DNA of 64,000 nt from Gammaproteobacteria bacterium (lineage in GTDB: Bacteria > Pseudomonadota > Gammaproteobacteria > Pseudomonadales > Pseudohongiellaceae), in assembly GCA_028825335.1 (NCBI GenBank), contig JAPKAI010000004.1, forward strand, positions 1,614 through 65,613, given 5' to 3'. The position numbers and the translations under genes are program-made. The notes beneath the pieces were generated by a model that was given only the letters and a program-made list of their open reading frames with translations, was not told where the DNA came from and made no database searches. Every line of letters begins with the position of its first letter. Within the stretch, counting starts at the first letter, position 1. Positions 31,884 through 41,065 of this stretch are shown piece after piece.

Positions 31884-32795
31884 ATGCAAAAACCAACAGC
31901 TACACAAATCGATACAGAGTCGAGACAGGGCTACATCGGTCGCTTCGCCCCCTCGCCCACAGGCCCCCTACATTTCGGCTCGCTGCTTGCCGCGTTAGCG
32001 AGCTTCCTCGATGCGCGTGCAAACCAAGGTAAATGGCTAATGCGTGTAGAAGACTTAGACCCGCCTAGGGAGCCCGCCGGCAGCGCCGAGCTTATCCTGC
32101 AACAGCTTCAAGACCTTGGCATGGATTGGGATGATGAAGTGCTCTATCAGAGCTCACGCTTGGATGCATATGAAGAGGTCATGGATCAGCTTCAAGAGAA
32201 GGGCCTGTGCTATCCCTGCGATTGCACTCGGCCGCAGATCAGGGAAATGGGGTTGGTCTACAATGGCTCCTGTCGTGAACGGGGCGCCCCACCAGAGACG
32301 CCCTATGCGCTGCGCTTAAAAACTGACGCGCTAGAAATAGGCTTCGATGATGAGATTCAAGGGCACTTCGCCCAACAACTAGAATCCGAAGTTGGCGATT
32401 TCGTAATTCGTCGAAAGGACGAGCTATTTGCCTATCAGCTAGCTGTCGTTGTCGACGATGAATTTCAGAATATAACTCATGTAGTGAGGGGCTGGGATCT
32501 GCTCGACTCAACCCCGCGACAAATCTATTTGCAAAGAGCCCTCAATTACCAAGAAATGAGCTACGCCCACATCCCGATCATCGTCGATGAAAAGGGGCAG
32601 AAACTCAGCAAACAGTCTTTTGCACCATCGATTGAAACTGATAGAGCATCCCAGGCAATATACAAGGCACTGACTTTTCTTGGCCAAGCACCACCGACAG
32701 AAATAGAAAAAGAGAGCCCCAAGTCTCAGTTGCAGTGGGCTATAGGCAGTTGGGAGAGTCAATGGGTAGCAAAAGTCGGCAACCTACCACTGTAG
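31884..32795 (+). CDS. gluQ: Glutamyl-Q tRNA(Asp) synthetase
   Basis: GRFAPSPTGPLHFGS (HIGH-like) and KLSKQ motifs, about 300 aa, follows dksA. Start set at ATG 31884; the track start is a TTG at 31836. Confidence 0.9.
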   Translation: MQKPTATQIDTESRQGYIGRFAPSPTGPLHFGSLLAALASFLDARANQGKWLMRVEDLDPPREPAGSAELILQQLQDLGMDWDDEVLYQSSRLDAYEEVMDQLQEKGLCYPCDCTRPQIREMGLVYNGSCRERGAPPETPYALRLKTDALEIGFDDEIQGHFAQQLESEVGDFVIRRKDELFAYQLAVVVDDEFQNITHVVRGWDLLDSTPRQIYLQRALNYQEMSYAHIPIIVDEKGQKLSKQSFAPSIETDRASQAIYKALTFLGQAPPTEIEKESPKSQLQWAIGSWESQWVAKVGNLPL

Positions 32796-32887
32796 TAGCG
32801 AGTCGATTGCTTGACCCTCATAGCCATAGACTTGACCAGACGCTCCTTATAACATCTAGCAAGCGTTATCACTATGAAGGAATACCT

Positions 32888-33064
32888 GTGTATATACCTC
32901 GATCAATCTTGGTCCTGTTACTAATAATCTATCTGCTGTTCTTACTTAGCGTAGATTGGATCAACCAGAGCGCTGGCGGCTGGTATCGCCCGTTCTTTTT
33001 GGGCTTCATAGTAATCCTTGTCGCGAGCTGGTCTCATCGAGAACAGGATTCCGATGAATTTTGA
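32888..33064 (+). CDS. Small two-TM membrane peptide overlapping the cbrA start (cbrX-like)
   Basis: GTG 32888 is preceded by GAAGGA six nt upstream. The 58 codons encode two hydrophobic helices (SILVLLLIIYLLFLLSV, FFLGFIVILVASW). Its TGA (33062-33064) lies 8 nt inside cbrA (ATG 33054). The earlier part of track ORF 32735-33064 overlaps gluQ. Confidence 0.45.
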   Translation: MYIPRSILVLLLIIYLLFLLSVDWINQSAGGWYRPFFLGFIVILVASWSHREQDSDEF

Positions 33065-35975
33065 AGTAAGTACAATCGTCGCTCTCGGCAGCGGCTATCT
33101 CGGGCTATTGTTCGGCATCGCCTTCGTGACGGAGCGCGGCTGGATTCCCGAAAAAATCGTTCGCCATCCGATCGTTTACGTGCTCTCTCTCGGCGTATTC
33201 GCCAGCGTCTGGGCTTACTATACCTCCATCGGCAACGCCCTGCGTGATGGCTATGGTTATCTCGCTGGCTCTATCGGCATCTCGCTGGCATTTCTACTTT
33301 CACCTTTGTTATTGCGCCCCCTACTAGAACTGACTCGCACCTACCAGCTGAGCTCACTAGCTGATCTAGTGGCATTTCGCTACCGTTCGCCTTGGGCGGG
33401 CACAGTTTCCACCCTCGTCATCCTGATCGCCGTTATTCCCCTTATAGCACTGCAGATAAGAGCAGTTTCAGACACAGCATTTTTGCTTTCACCTGAGGCG
33501 GGGCAAAGCTTCTTCGCACTCGGCTTCTGCGTGATAATTACTCTATTTTCGATTCTGTTCGGCACTTCTAGAAGGGCTGGACGGACACAGTACGATGGCC
33601 TAGTCATGGCGATTGCCTTCGAATCGCTAGTGAAGCTGATAGCGTTCCTCGTTGTCGGGGCGTTCGCGGTGTATGGCGCCTTCGGCAGTTTCAGTGGACT
33701 CGATCAATGGTTACAGGAGCAACCTGAGCTTATAGCAAGTCTAAAGAACACCGACTACTTCTCTTCGTTCCATGTTATGACGCTACTGTTCTTCACTGCT
33801 GCGGTCGCGATGCCACATATGTTCTACGTAACCTTTAATGGCAATAATGGTCAGCGAGCCCTCTCGTTTGCGAGCTGGGGATTGCCTCTGTATTTCTTAC
33901 TGCTTAGCCTACCAGTCCTTCCCATTCTCTGGGCCGGCCTACAGTCACGCAGCAGTGTGCAGGTGGAATACTTCCCGGTAGTTATCGGTGCCGCCTACGA
34001 TGCTCCTATGATCAGCCTACTCGCCTATCTAGGTGGATTGTCCGCCGCGAGCGGGCTGATCATCGTTATAACGCTCGCGCTCTCAAATATGTGCCTGAAC
34101 CATTTGATACTTCCCATCTATCAACCGAAGGCGAATGAGGACATTTATCGCTGGCTACTCTGGAAGCGCCGCACCCTTATAACCGCAATTATATGGCTAG
34201 GCTTTCTCTTCCATTACCTACCTAGCGAGCAAATAAGCATTCAGGTGATCGGTATTGTCGCGTTCACCGCATGCCTGCAATTTATGCCGGGCATAGTCGC
34301 GATTCTTTACTGGCCAGCGGCAAATAAAAAAGGATTCCTATGGGGGCTGGGCACTGGCGTGCTTATCTGGTTTCTATTTCTAATGCTACCGCTGTTATCC
34401 GACACGGACCCCCTTGCGTTAGTTTCGGTCAATTGGCGTGAGATAACCGCCCTCTCACTCATTAGCAACTGCGCGCTATTCTTAGCCGTCTCACTCTTCA
34501 GCACGAGCAGCGACGCAGAACGAAGCTCTGCCGATATTTGCACGCTCGATACAATTAAGCGCCGCAAGCGCAGTGGTCTGGTGGCTAAATCACCGCGCGA
34601 CTTTATTAAAAGCCTCAGCAAGCCTCTAGGCGAGAAAACCGCAAACCGAGAAGTGAGCCTGGCATTAAAGGATTTAAACATTGGCGAGAATGATCGGCGG
34701 CCGTACGCTATGCAACAACTGCGCGATAAACTGGAAGCTAATCTATCGGGCTTACTCGGCCCCTCGATTGCACGAAAGATTATCGATGGCTACCTTCCTT
34801 ATAGCATCGTCTCCCAGCACCGCAGCTCGGATCTTAATGTAATCGAGAGTCGTATCGAAGCCTATCGCAGTAATCTGTCTGGCATGGCGGCAGATCTCGA
34901 CAATCTGAGACGCTACCATCGTCAGATCCTGCTTGATCTACCCTTAGGTGTCTGTTCACTCAGTACCGACAATGAAGTCATCATGTGGAATCGAGCGATG
35001 GAGCAGTTTACTCAGCTGAATAGTGCCGATGTCGTTGGCTCTCAACTTATCGATCTCTCGGAACCTTGGCTAAGTCTGTTCGCAAACTTTATCGATGACG
35101 ACGCCAGTCATGCCTATAAGTATGCATTCGAATTAGATGACCAGAAGCGGACGGTCAACCTCCACAAGGCTCTAATAGAACAAACCAGCGACCCAGATTC
35201 CATTCACGAAGGCGTAATCATTCTTCTGGAAGACATTACCGAAATGGAAATTCTCGAAGCGGGTCTTACACACAGTGAAAGACTTGCCTCCATCGGTAGG
35301 CTGGCTGCAGGCGTAGCTCATGAGATTGGAAACCCGATCACCGGCATTGCCTGCCTCGCACAAACCATTCGAGACGAATACGACAACAAAGAATTGCTCA
35401 ACCTTGCCGAGCAAATTATCGAACAAACCGACCGCACATCGACGATCCTACAATCCTTGGTCAACTTTGCGCACGCAGGTACAAACAAGACTCAATACGA
35501 AAGTGAAATAGTAACTATTAGCGAATGCATGACACAGGCTCAGACTCTGGTATCCCTGGATAGAAAGAGCAAAGAATTAAACCTGCGCATCGACTGCGAC
35601 CCTGATGCGAAAGTTCTCGGCGACTCGCAGCGCCTCTTGCAGGTGTTAATTAACCTAATCAACAACGCTCGTGATGCAAGTCAAGCAAATGGCGAAGTCC
35701 TCTTGCAGACACGAGTATTAGGCGAGACAGTCGAAATCGCTGTTATCGACGAAGGAATCGGCATTCCCCTAGCGATAAAGGATCGCGTCTTCGACCCCTT
35801 CTTCACAACCAAAGAGGCGGGAGAAGGCACTGGTTTAGGGCTCTCCCTCGTTTTCAGCATAATTGAAGACTTAGGTGGTGATATTGATATAATCAGCCCC
35901 GCAAACGAAGACACAGGCGGCACGCGGGTATTACTGCGATTTCCTTGCTACCATAGCGATTCCGCCACGCACTAG
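33054..35975 (+). CDS. cbrA: Sensor histidine kinase with an N-terminal SLC5/sodium-solute-symporter-like domain (CbrA-type)
   Basis: About 973 aa. About 13 TM SSS-like helices, a PAS-like segment, H-box AHEIGNPITGI, and N/G boxes (NLINNARDA, GTGLGLS). No receiver domain. Paired with an NtrC-type regulator. Confidence 0.85.
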   Translation: MNFEVSTIVALGSGYLGLLFGIAFVTERGWIPEKIVRHPIVYVLSLGVFASVWAYYTSIGNALRDGYGYLAGSIGISLAFLLSPLLLRPLLELTRTYQLSSLADLVAFRYRSPWAGTVSTLVILIAVIPLIALQIRAVSDTAFLLSPEAGQSFFALGFCVIITLFSILFGTSRRAGRTQYDGLVMAIAFESLVKLIAFLVVGAFAVYGAFGSFSGLDQWLQEQPELIASLKNTDYFSSFHVMTLLFFTAAVAMPHMFYVTFNGNNGQRALSFASWGLPLYFLLLSLPVLPILWAGLQSRSSVQVEYFPVVIGAAYDAPMISLLAYLGGLSAASGLIIVITLALSNMCLNHLILPIYQPKANEDIYRWLLWKRRTLITAIIWLGFLFHYLPSEQISIQVIGIVAFTACLQFMPGIVAILYWPAANKKGFLWGLGTGVLIWFLFLMLPLLSDTDPLALVSVNWREITALSLISNCALFLAVSLFSTSSDAERSSADICTLDTIKRRKRSGLVAKSPRDFIKSLSKPLGEKTANREVSLALKDLNIGENDRRPYAMQQLRDKLEANLSGLLGPSIARKIIDGYLPYSIVSQHRSSDLNVIESRIEAYRSNLSGMAADLDNLRRYHRQILLDLPLGVCSLSTDNEVIMWNRAMEQFTQLNSADVVGSQLIDLSEPWLSLFANFIDDDASHAYKYAFELDDQKRTVNLHKALIEQTSDPDSIHEGVIILLEDITEMEILEAGLTHSERLASIGRLAAGVAHEIGNPITGIACLAQTIRDEYDNKELLNLAEQIIEQTDRTSTILQSLVNFAHAGTNKTQYESEIVTISECMTQAQTLVSLDRKSKELNLRIDCDPDAKVLGDSQRLLQVLINLINNARDASQANGEVLLQTRVLGETVEIAVIDEGIGIPLAIKDRVFDPFFTTKEAGEGTGLGLSLVFSIIEDLGGDIDIISPANEDTGGTRVLLRFPCYHSDSATH

Positions 35976-36023
35976 CGCAGACGGATTATTGAACCAATAT
36001 CAACAACCGAATTAAGTAATCAC

Positions 36024-37397
36024 ATGACAGCGATGCAACAAGTTTTAGTAGTGGAAGATGAAGTAGTTATTCGAACTGCCTTGAAGCGATTACTAGAACG
36101 CCACGAATACAAAGTCAGCGAAGCGGGAACCGTCAAAGAGTCGATAGACAATTTCGACATGGACGACTTCGACGTGATAATCAGCGACTTGCGACTGCCG
36201 GGCGCACCTGGTACCGATCTGATTAAGGCAACCACCACGCCGGTTCTAATCATGACCAGCTACTCAAGTATTCGCTCAGCCATCGATTCGATGAAACTTG
36301 GCGCCGTCGACTACATCGCCAAACCATTTGAACACAAAGAACTAATTGCGTCCGTAGCCAAAGTAATTCGCGAACACGCTAAAGCGCCACGTCAATCTAT
36401 TAAAGCGCCTCCAGAATTTGAACCTCCCGTTCATGGAATGATCGGTAGTTGCCCGCAGATGATGGAACTGTTTCGAAGAATTCGTAAAGTTGCCCTTACC
36501 AATTCTACCGTCCTAATCAATGGAGAATCGGGAACGGGAAAAGAACTCGTTGCTAGAGCGATTCACAACTTGAGCAATCGCCACGCAGAGGAAATGATAT
36601 CTGTAAATTGCGCAGCGATTCCAGAAAACCTAATTGAGTCTGAACTATTCGGCCACGAGAAGGGAGCCTTTACCGGCGCCACTGCAACCAGAACAGGTTT
36701 AGTCGAAGCCGCTAATGACAGCACGCTATTCCTAGATGAAATTGGCGAGCTACCGCTCGAAGCTCAGGCCAGACTGCTAAGAGTTCTGCAAGAAAATGAG
36801 ATTCGCAAGGTCGGCTCTGTGCAGTCAAAGAAAGTCGACGTGCGCCTAGTCGTTGCTACCCATCGCGACCTCAAGCAATTGGTAGTAGATGGACACTTTC
36901 GTGAAGACCTCTATTACCGCATCAATGTGATGACACTCTTGATCCCGCCGCTTAGAAACCGCGGTGACGATATATTAGAATTAGGTGAAGCCATTCTACA
37001 ACGCACCTGTAAGCGCCTTAAAACAAAGATGCTCAAAATGAGCGACGGTGCTAGACGCGCCATATTCAATTATGGCTGGCCGGGAAATGTACGTGAGCTG
37101 GAAAATGCGATAGAACGCGCTGTTGTGCTGGCCGAAGAATTGGAAATCTCAGAAGAGCTTCTTGCTATAGACGACGAAGAGAAACCGACGCCAAATCAGA
37201 AGTCGGAATTACAGAACCTACAGAATACTCCCCAGCCAATCGAGGAGCTCTCATTAGAAGACTACTTCCAGCGCTTCGTTCTTGAGCACCAAGACGCCAT
37301 GAATGAGACCCAGCTCGCGAAGAAATTGGGCATAAGTCGCAAGTGTCTTTGGGAGCGTCGCCAGCGCTTCGGCATTCCCCGAAAGAAGAAGCACTAA
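36024..37397 (+). CDS. cbrB: Sigma54-dependent response regulator (NtrC family, CbrB-type)
   Basis: REC domain (VVEDE..., [11 protein letters not shown]), AAA+ domain with GESGTGKE Walker A and the GAFTGA loop, [10 protein letters not shown], and a C-terminal HTH. Confidence 0.9.
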   Translation: MTAMQQVLVVEDEVVIRTALKRLLERHEYKVSEAGTVKESIDNFDMDDFDVIISDLRLPGAPGTDLIKATTTPVLIMTSYSSIRSAIDSMKLGAVDYIAKPFEHKELIASVAKVIREHAKAPRQSIKAPPEFEPPVHGMIGSCPQMMELFRRIRKVALTNSTVLINGESGTGKELVARAIHNLSNRHAEEMISVNCAAIPENLIESELFGHEKGAFTGATATRTGLVEAANDSTLFLDEIGELPLEAQARLLRVLQENEIRKVGSVQSKKVDVRLVVATHRDLKQLVVDGHFREDLYYRINVMTLLIPPLRNRGDDILELGEAILQRTCKRLKTKMLKMSDGARRAIFNYGWPGNVRELENAIERAVVLAEELEISEELLAIDDEEKPTPNQKSELQNLQNTPQPIEELSLEDYFQRFVLEHQDAMNETQLAKKLGISRKCLWERRQRFGIPRKKKH

Positions 37398-37553
37398 TTC
37401 TAGAAAGAGACTAAAAAAGTCACTGACATCGACATTTACTTCGCGTCAACTGCTCCCCTCGAACAGCACCGGACTTACTCCTGCCGGCTGCTATAACCCG
37501 AAGTAATGAGCATACCGCCAGCCTGAGCTTTGCACGTGGGCTGGAGTGTAATT

Positions 37554-37600
37554 TGTTACTGCTACCCTTTTACCCACCCAATCAGGGAATATCCGTAACA
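37554..37600 (+). promoter_or_regulatory. Candidate CbrB upstream activating sequence: TGTTAC-N35-GTAACA
   Basis: Perfect hexamer inverted repeat (TGTTAC 37554-37559, GTAACA 37595-37600), 75-120 bp upstream of the sigma54 promoter. The half-sites equal those reported for Pseudomonas CbrB. Confidence 0.45.
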
Positions 37601-37673
37601 AAAGTGGGAATTTAAGATTTGATCACTAGCTTCTAAAAGACTAAGTCACTGATAAATAACAAATTAGTCTTCT

Positions 37674-37689
37674 TGGCACAGTAAGTGCT
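37674..37689 (+). promoter_or_regulatory. Sigma54 (-24/-12) promoter
   Basis: TGGCACagtaaGTGCT versus consensus TGGCAC-N5-TTGCW. GG (37675-76) and GC (37687-88) are 12 nt apart. Confidence 0.7.
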
Positions 37690-37699
37690 GTATATAAAA

Positions 37700-37975
37700 G
37701 CATAATAATAACAATAAACAATAATAATAAATCTTAATAAAAATAAAAATAGCATTACTAAGTTAAAAAACTAAGGTTAGTGCACTAAATAATAAAAAGG
37801 TCGGGTTGTAGTCTGAATTTGACGTTTGTCATCTAACTTCATAATTACCACCTTAATACTTATGCAGTACCGATTTGGGTGCTCACTTAATAAGAATAAT
37901 AAATTAGTAAATAACAATAACAATAACAAAATCTAGCTTCCAAGTGGGGGGGGTGGTATTCACCCCCCTAATTAT
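37700..37975 (+). ncRNA. crcZ: CrcZ-like A-rich (ARN-repeat) Hfq/Crc-sequestering sRNA, about 275 nt; ends approximate
   Basis: No credible ORF. Starts about 12 nt downstream of the sigma54 -12 element. Three clusters of overlapping AANAANAA motifs (37702-37750, 37787-37798, 37888-37930), ending in a G/C hairpin. Sits between cbrB and pcnB, as crcZ does in Pseudomonas. Confidence 0.6.
37946..37968 (+). terminator. Terminator-like hairpin closing the putative sRNA
   Basis: GGGGGGGTG-gtatt-CACCCCCC stem-loop. The downstream tract (TAATTATAT) is only moderately U-rich. Confidence 0.5.
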
Positions 37976-38245
37976 ATCCTTCAAAATACCCAATTCCTTC
38001 ATACTTCCTATTCTGGCTGCGCCGTGCCTGCAGTTTTCTCCCGTTCCGTGTATCATGCTTATTGATGCTTACAATCCGAATTCCAATTCATTTGAGGGGC
38101 TTTTACAGCCGACGCACACTACTCTCCTGTAATCTCGTACTTTGCATTGGTGCCACTAAAGAAAATAAGCCGTGATCAACTCCTCTAACCATCCCAGACC
38201 AAGCTTCGCTTCGCTACACAACAGCGCACCGGAGTGCGACCAACA

Positions 38246-39601
38246 ATGAATCAATCTACGCCAGGTACTGATCTCGTAGGTATCGAGAACGCAACCGTTT
38301 TAGAACGTGATAATCATCCGATCTCACGCAAACATATATCACCGAATGCCGTAAAGGTTCTCTACAAGCTCGCAGAAGCTGGATACCATGGATTTCTAGT
38401 AGGCGGCGGAGTGCGCGACTTATTGCTCGGCAAAAGCCCTAAGGACTTCGACATAGCCACCGATGCGTCGCCGGAGCAACTCAAGTCCCTGTTTAGAAAT
38501 GCTCGAATCATCGGGCGCCGCTTCAAAATAATTCATCTGCGCTTTGGCCGAGAGATCATTGAGGTTACAACATTTCGCGCACCTCATGATTCGGAAAATA
38601 AAATTGACGACAATGTACCTAGGCGGCGCATTCAGAACCAAGAATCTGCCCATTCAACCGCTGGAATGATCCTAAGGGACAATGTCTACGGCAACATTGA
38701 CGAAGACGCCCTACGTCGGGACTTCACCATCAATGCTCTCTACTACACAATAGACAAGTTCCGCATCCTCGACTTCAGTACCGGCCTAGACGATTTGGAG
38801 TCTAAGCAGATTCGCATGATAGGCGATCCCGCTGAGCGCTATAAAGAAGATCCCGTAAGAATGCTGCGCGCAATTCGTTTTGCAGCGAAGCTTGGCTTCA
38901 CCATCGAAGAGAAAACAGAGAAGCCCATCAATGAATTGGCTCATCTACTAGAATCTATCTCTACGGCAAGACTCTTCGATGAAACGATCAAATTGATGAC
39001 TGGTGGCGATGCCGAGAAAACATTCGAATTGCTTCGCCGCTACCGGCCTGGCGTCTATCTCTTCGCACCTACCCTCCGCGCACTGGATAAACTCTCCGGC
39101 CCGCCTTGCAAGCTGGTAGAGCTGGCACTTAGAAATACAGACGGACGCCTTGCTGAAGGCAAATCGGTAACTCCAGCATTTCTCTTCGCAGCCCTACTCT
39201 GGCCAGTGTTGCAGCTTCGCTTAGAGGCGCAGAAATCGGACGAAGGCAATCAGCATCAGCTATTCCAACAGGCAGTACAGGAAGTGCTGATGGAACAGAT
39301 CCAATACACGGCTGTGCCCAAGCGCTTCACTATCGCCGCAAAGGAAATATGGGAACTACAATCACGGCTCATGCGTGACAATAAGCGCAGCATCGAAGGC
39401 TCATTCAGCCACCCACGATTCAGGGCAGCATACGATTTCCTATTGCTACGTGAAGAGGCTGGTGAAGACTTAGGCGGCCGCGGGGAATGGTGGACGCAAT
39501 TCCAGCTTGGCGATACAAGTCAGATCATTCAGCGCGCAAGCATTGAGTCCGATCCATCAAAGAAGAGACGTCGTCGACGTAGGCCAAAGACTGAAAGTTA
39601 G
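38246..39601 (+). CDS. pcnB: Poly(A) polymerase I
   Basis: About 451 aa; GGGVRDLLLGKSPKDFDIAT nucleotidyltransferase motif, RRDFTINALYY, and a basic C-terminal tail. ATG 38246 (the track start is GTG 38234). Confidence 0.9.
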   Translation: MNQSTPGTDLVGIENATVLERDNHPISRKHISPNAVKVLYKLAEAGYHGFLVGGGVRDLLLGKSPKDFDIATDASPEQLKSLFRNARIIGRRFKIIHLRFGREIIEVTTFRAPHDSENKIDDNVPRRRIQNQESAHSTAGMILRDNVYGNIDEDALRRDFTINALYYTIDKFRILDFSTGLDDLESKQIRMIGDPAERYKEDPVRMLRAIRFAAKLGFTIEEKTEKPINELAHLLESISTARLFDETIKLMTGGDAEKTFELLRRYRPGVYLFAPTLRALDKLSGPPCKLVELALRNTDGRLAEGKSVTPAFLFAALLWPVLQLRLEAQKSDEGNQHQLFQQAVQEVLMEQIQYTAVPKRFTIAAKEIWELQSRLMRDNKRSIEGSFSHPRFRAAYDFLLLREEAGEDLGGRGEWWTQFQLGDTSQIIQRASIESDPSKKRRRRRRPKTES

Positions 39602-39632
39602 GTGCCTCTAATTCAGGAAACGTGATTCTACT

Positions 39633-40298
39633 ATGACACAGAGCGATTTCAGCAAGGCTGCTCCGGGCTATATTGCAGTTGAAGGCCCCATTGGAGTCGG
39701 CAAGACAACTCTCACTAAGCGACTAGCCGATTCTTTTAACTACGAATTACTGCTCGAAAAAAGCGAGGAGAACCCATTCCTCGATCGCTTCTATCAGAAC
39801 CCTAAACAGCACGCGCTATCCACTCAACTGTTCTTCCTCTTCCAGCGCGCACAACAGATACAAGATCTTCGTCAGAACGACATGTTCGAACCGGTGCGAG
39901 TGGCAGACTTTCTAATTGACAAAGACCAACTGTTCGCGCAGCAAAATCTAGAACCGGATGAGTTCGAGCTCTATCTGAACGTCTATCGCCATCTCACCAT
40001 AGATGCGCCTGCGCCCGATCTGGTTATCTATCTGCAAGCACCCACCAATGTACTGCTAGATAGAATTCAGAAACGTGCAGTCGAATCCGAGCAACTCATC
40101 GAACTTTCCTATCTGCAGAATTTGAACGAAGCATATGCCGAATTTTTTCATTACTATGATAAGTCGCCGCTGCTGATCGTAAACAGCGAAGACATAGATC
40201 TTGCCAACAGCGAAGATGACTATCAGCAGCTTGTTAAGCGCATAGTGTCTGCTGGTGCAGGAACGCACTACTTCAATCCTCGACCCTCGCTTATTTAG
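39633..40298 (+). CDS. Deoxynucleoside kinase family protein
   Basis: 221 aa; P-loop EGPIGVGKTT, plus ..FLDRFY.. and ..DLVIYLQAP...RIQKR.. dNK-type motifs. Confidence 0.8.
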   Translation: MTQSDFSKAAPGYIAVEGPIGVGKTTLTKRLADSFNYELLLEKSEENPFLDRFYQNPKQHALSTQLFFLFQRAQQIQDLRQNDMFEPVRVADFLIDKDQLFAQQNLEPDEFELYLNVYRHLTIDAPAPDLVIYLQAPTNVLLDRIQKRAVESEQLIELSYLQNLNEAYAEFFHYYDKSPLLIVNSEDIDLANSEDDYQQLVKRIVSAGAGTHYFNPRPSLI

Positions 40299-40372
40299 AG
40301 CTAATTATTCATTGCCGGCATATTCCTATTGCCAATGATAGGCATTGTCTTGCTAGGCCATCTGTATATACT

Positions 40373-40744
40373 ATGTATATGAATTCAGATTTTATGTTCT
40401 CCCAAACCAATAAACGGCCCATGTATCAACAGATCATGGAGCAAATTATCCAGCGCATCGCGATAGGAGATTGTCCGCCCAATACTCCATTGCCGTCCAT
40501 TCGGCAGATGGCAACCGAGATAAAGGTCAGCCTTATTACCGTCAAGCGGGCATACCTAGAGTTGGAGCGCAAAGGTGTGATTTCCACCCAACAGGGTAAA
40601 GGCAGCTGGGTGAATGGCTCACTAGATTTCGAGAAGCTTCAGCGCGAAGAGTTAACACAACATTTGGAGCAAGTCGGTAAATTGGCGAAGTCCTTGGCTA
40701 TATCTCAGGGCAAGCTATTAGACATGATAAAAAAGTATGCCTAA
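40373..40744 (+). CDS. GntR-family transcriptional regulator, short YtrA-like subtype
   Basis: 123 aa; winged-HTH (LPSIRQMATEIKVSLITVKRAYLELERKGVISTQQGKGSWV) with only a short helical C-terminus. Confidence 0.8.
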   Translation: MYMNSDFMFSQTNKRPMYQQIMEQIIQRIAIGDCPPNTPLPSIRQMATEIKVSLITVKRAYLELERKGVISTQQGKGSWVNGSLDFEKLQREELTQHLEQVGKLAKSLAISQGKLLDMIKKYA

Positions 40745-41065
40745 GAAGGAGTAGGCGCTAATGGCCATAGCAGTATAGCGTGTGAAATACAGGGTGCGAT
40801 AACCAGTACAGCAGCTTATAGCGTACGCTTGTGCAAAGCAGCTACGACCAATATGCTCGACAGAGAAAGGCAGCGCGGGCACACAGAAAGCTATTAGTAG
40901 TGCCGGGTTTATTTCTCATCATCGTATTATCGAGTTTCGCGTCCCCATCAGCATCTAAACTGCGCACTACATGATCGATATGGAGCTAACGACGATCAAT
41001 GAAGCTATATAGCGCGCATGTTAGTCTCTTCATCCAAATATTAAGCAAAGGGACCGGACCCAAAC

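Noticed and set aside
32735-32887. Long (109-aa) version of the ORF upstream of cbrA
   Set aside because: The first about 50 codons overlap the gluQ 3' end and are hydrophilic filler. Only the GTG 32888 version has an SD and a coherent two-helix product.
37700-37935. A-rich AATAATAA / AACAATAA runs as a CRISPR array, a satellite, or just an AT-rich UP region
   Set aside because: There is no regular repeat-spacer periodicity and no cas genes. The motifs are 3-nt-phased ARN tracts preceded by a sigma54 promoter, which fits an Hfq-binding RNA better. A purely promoter-architectural role for pcnB cannot be fully excluded.
37944-38132. 62-aa ORF in the cbrB-pcnB spacer
   Set aside because: It starts at a GTG inside the G-run of the terminator hairpin, has no SD, and has odd composition. 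It is more likely non-coding, as the sRNA 3' end or pcnB promoter region.
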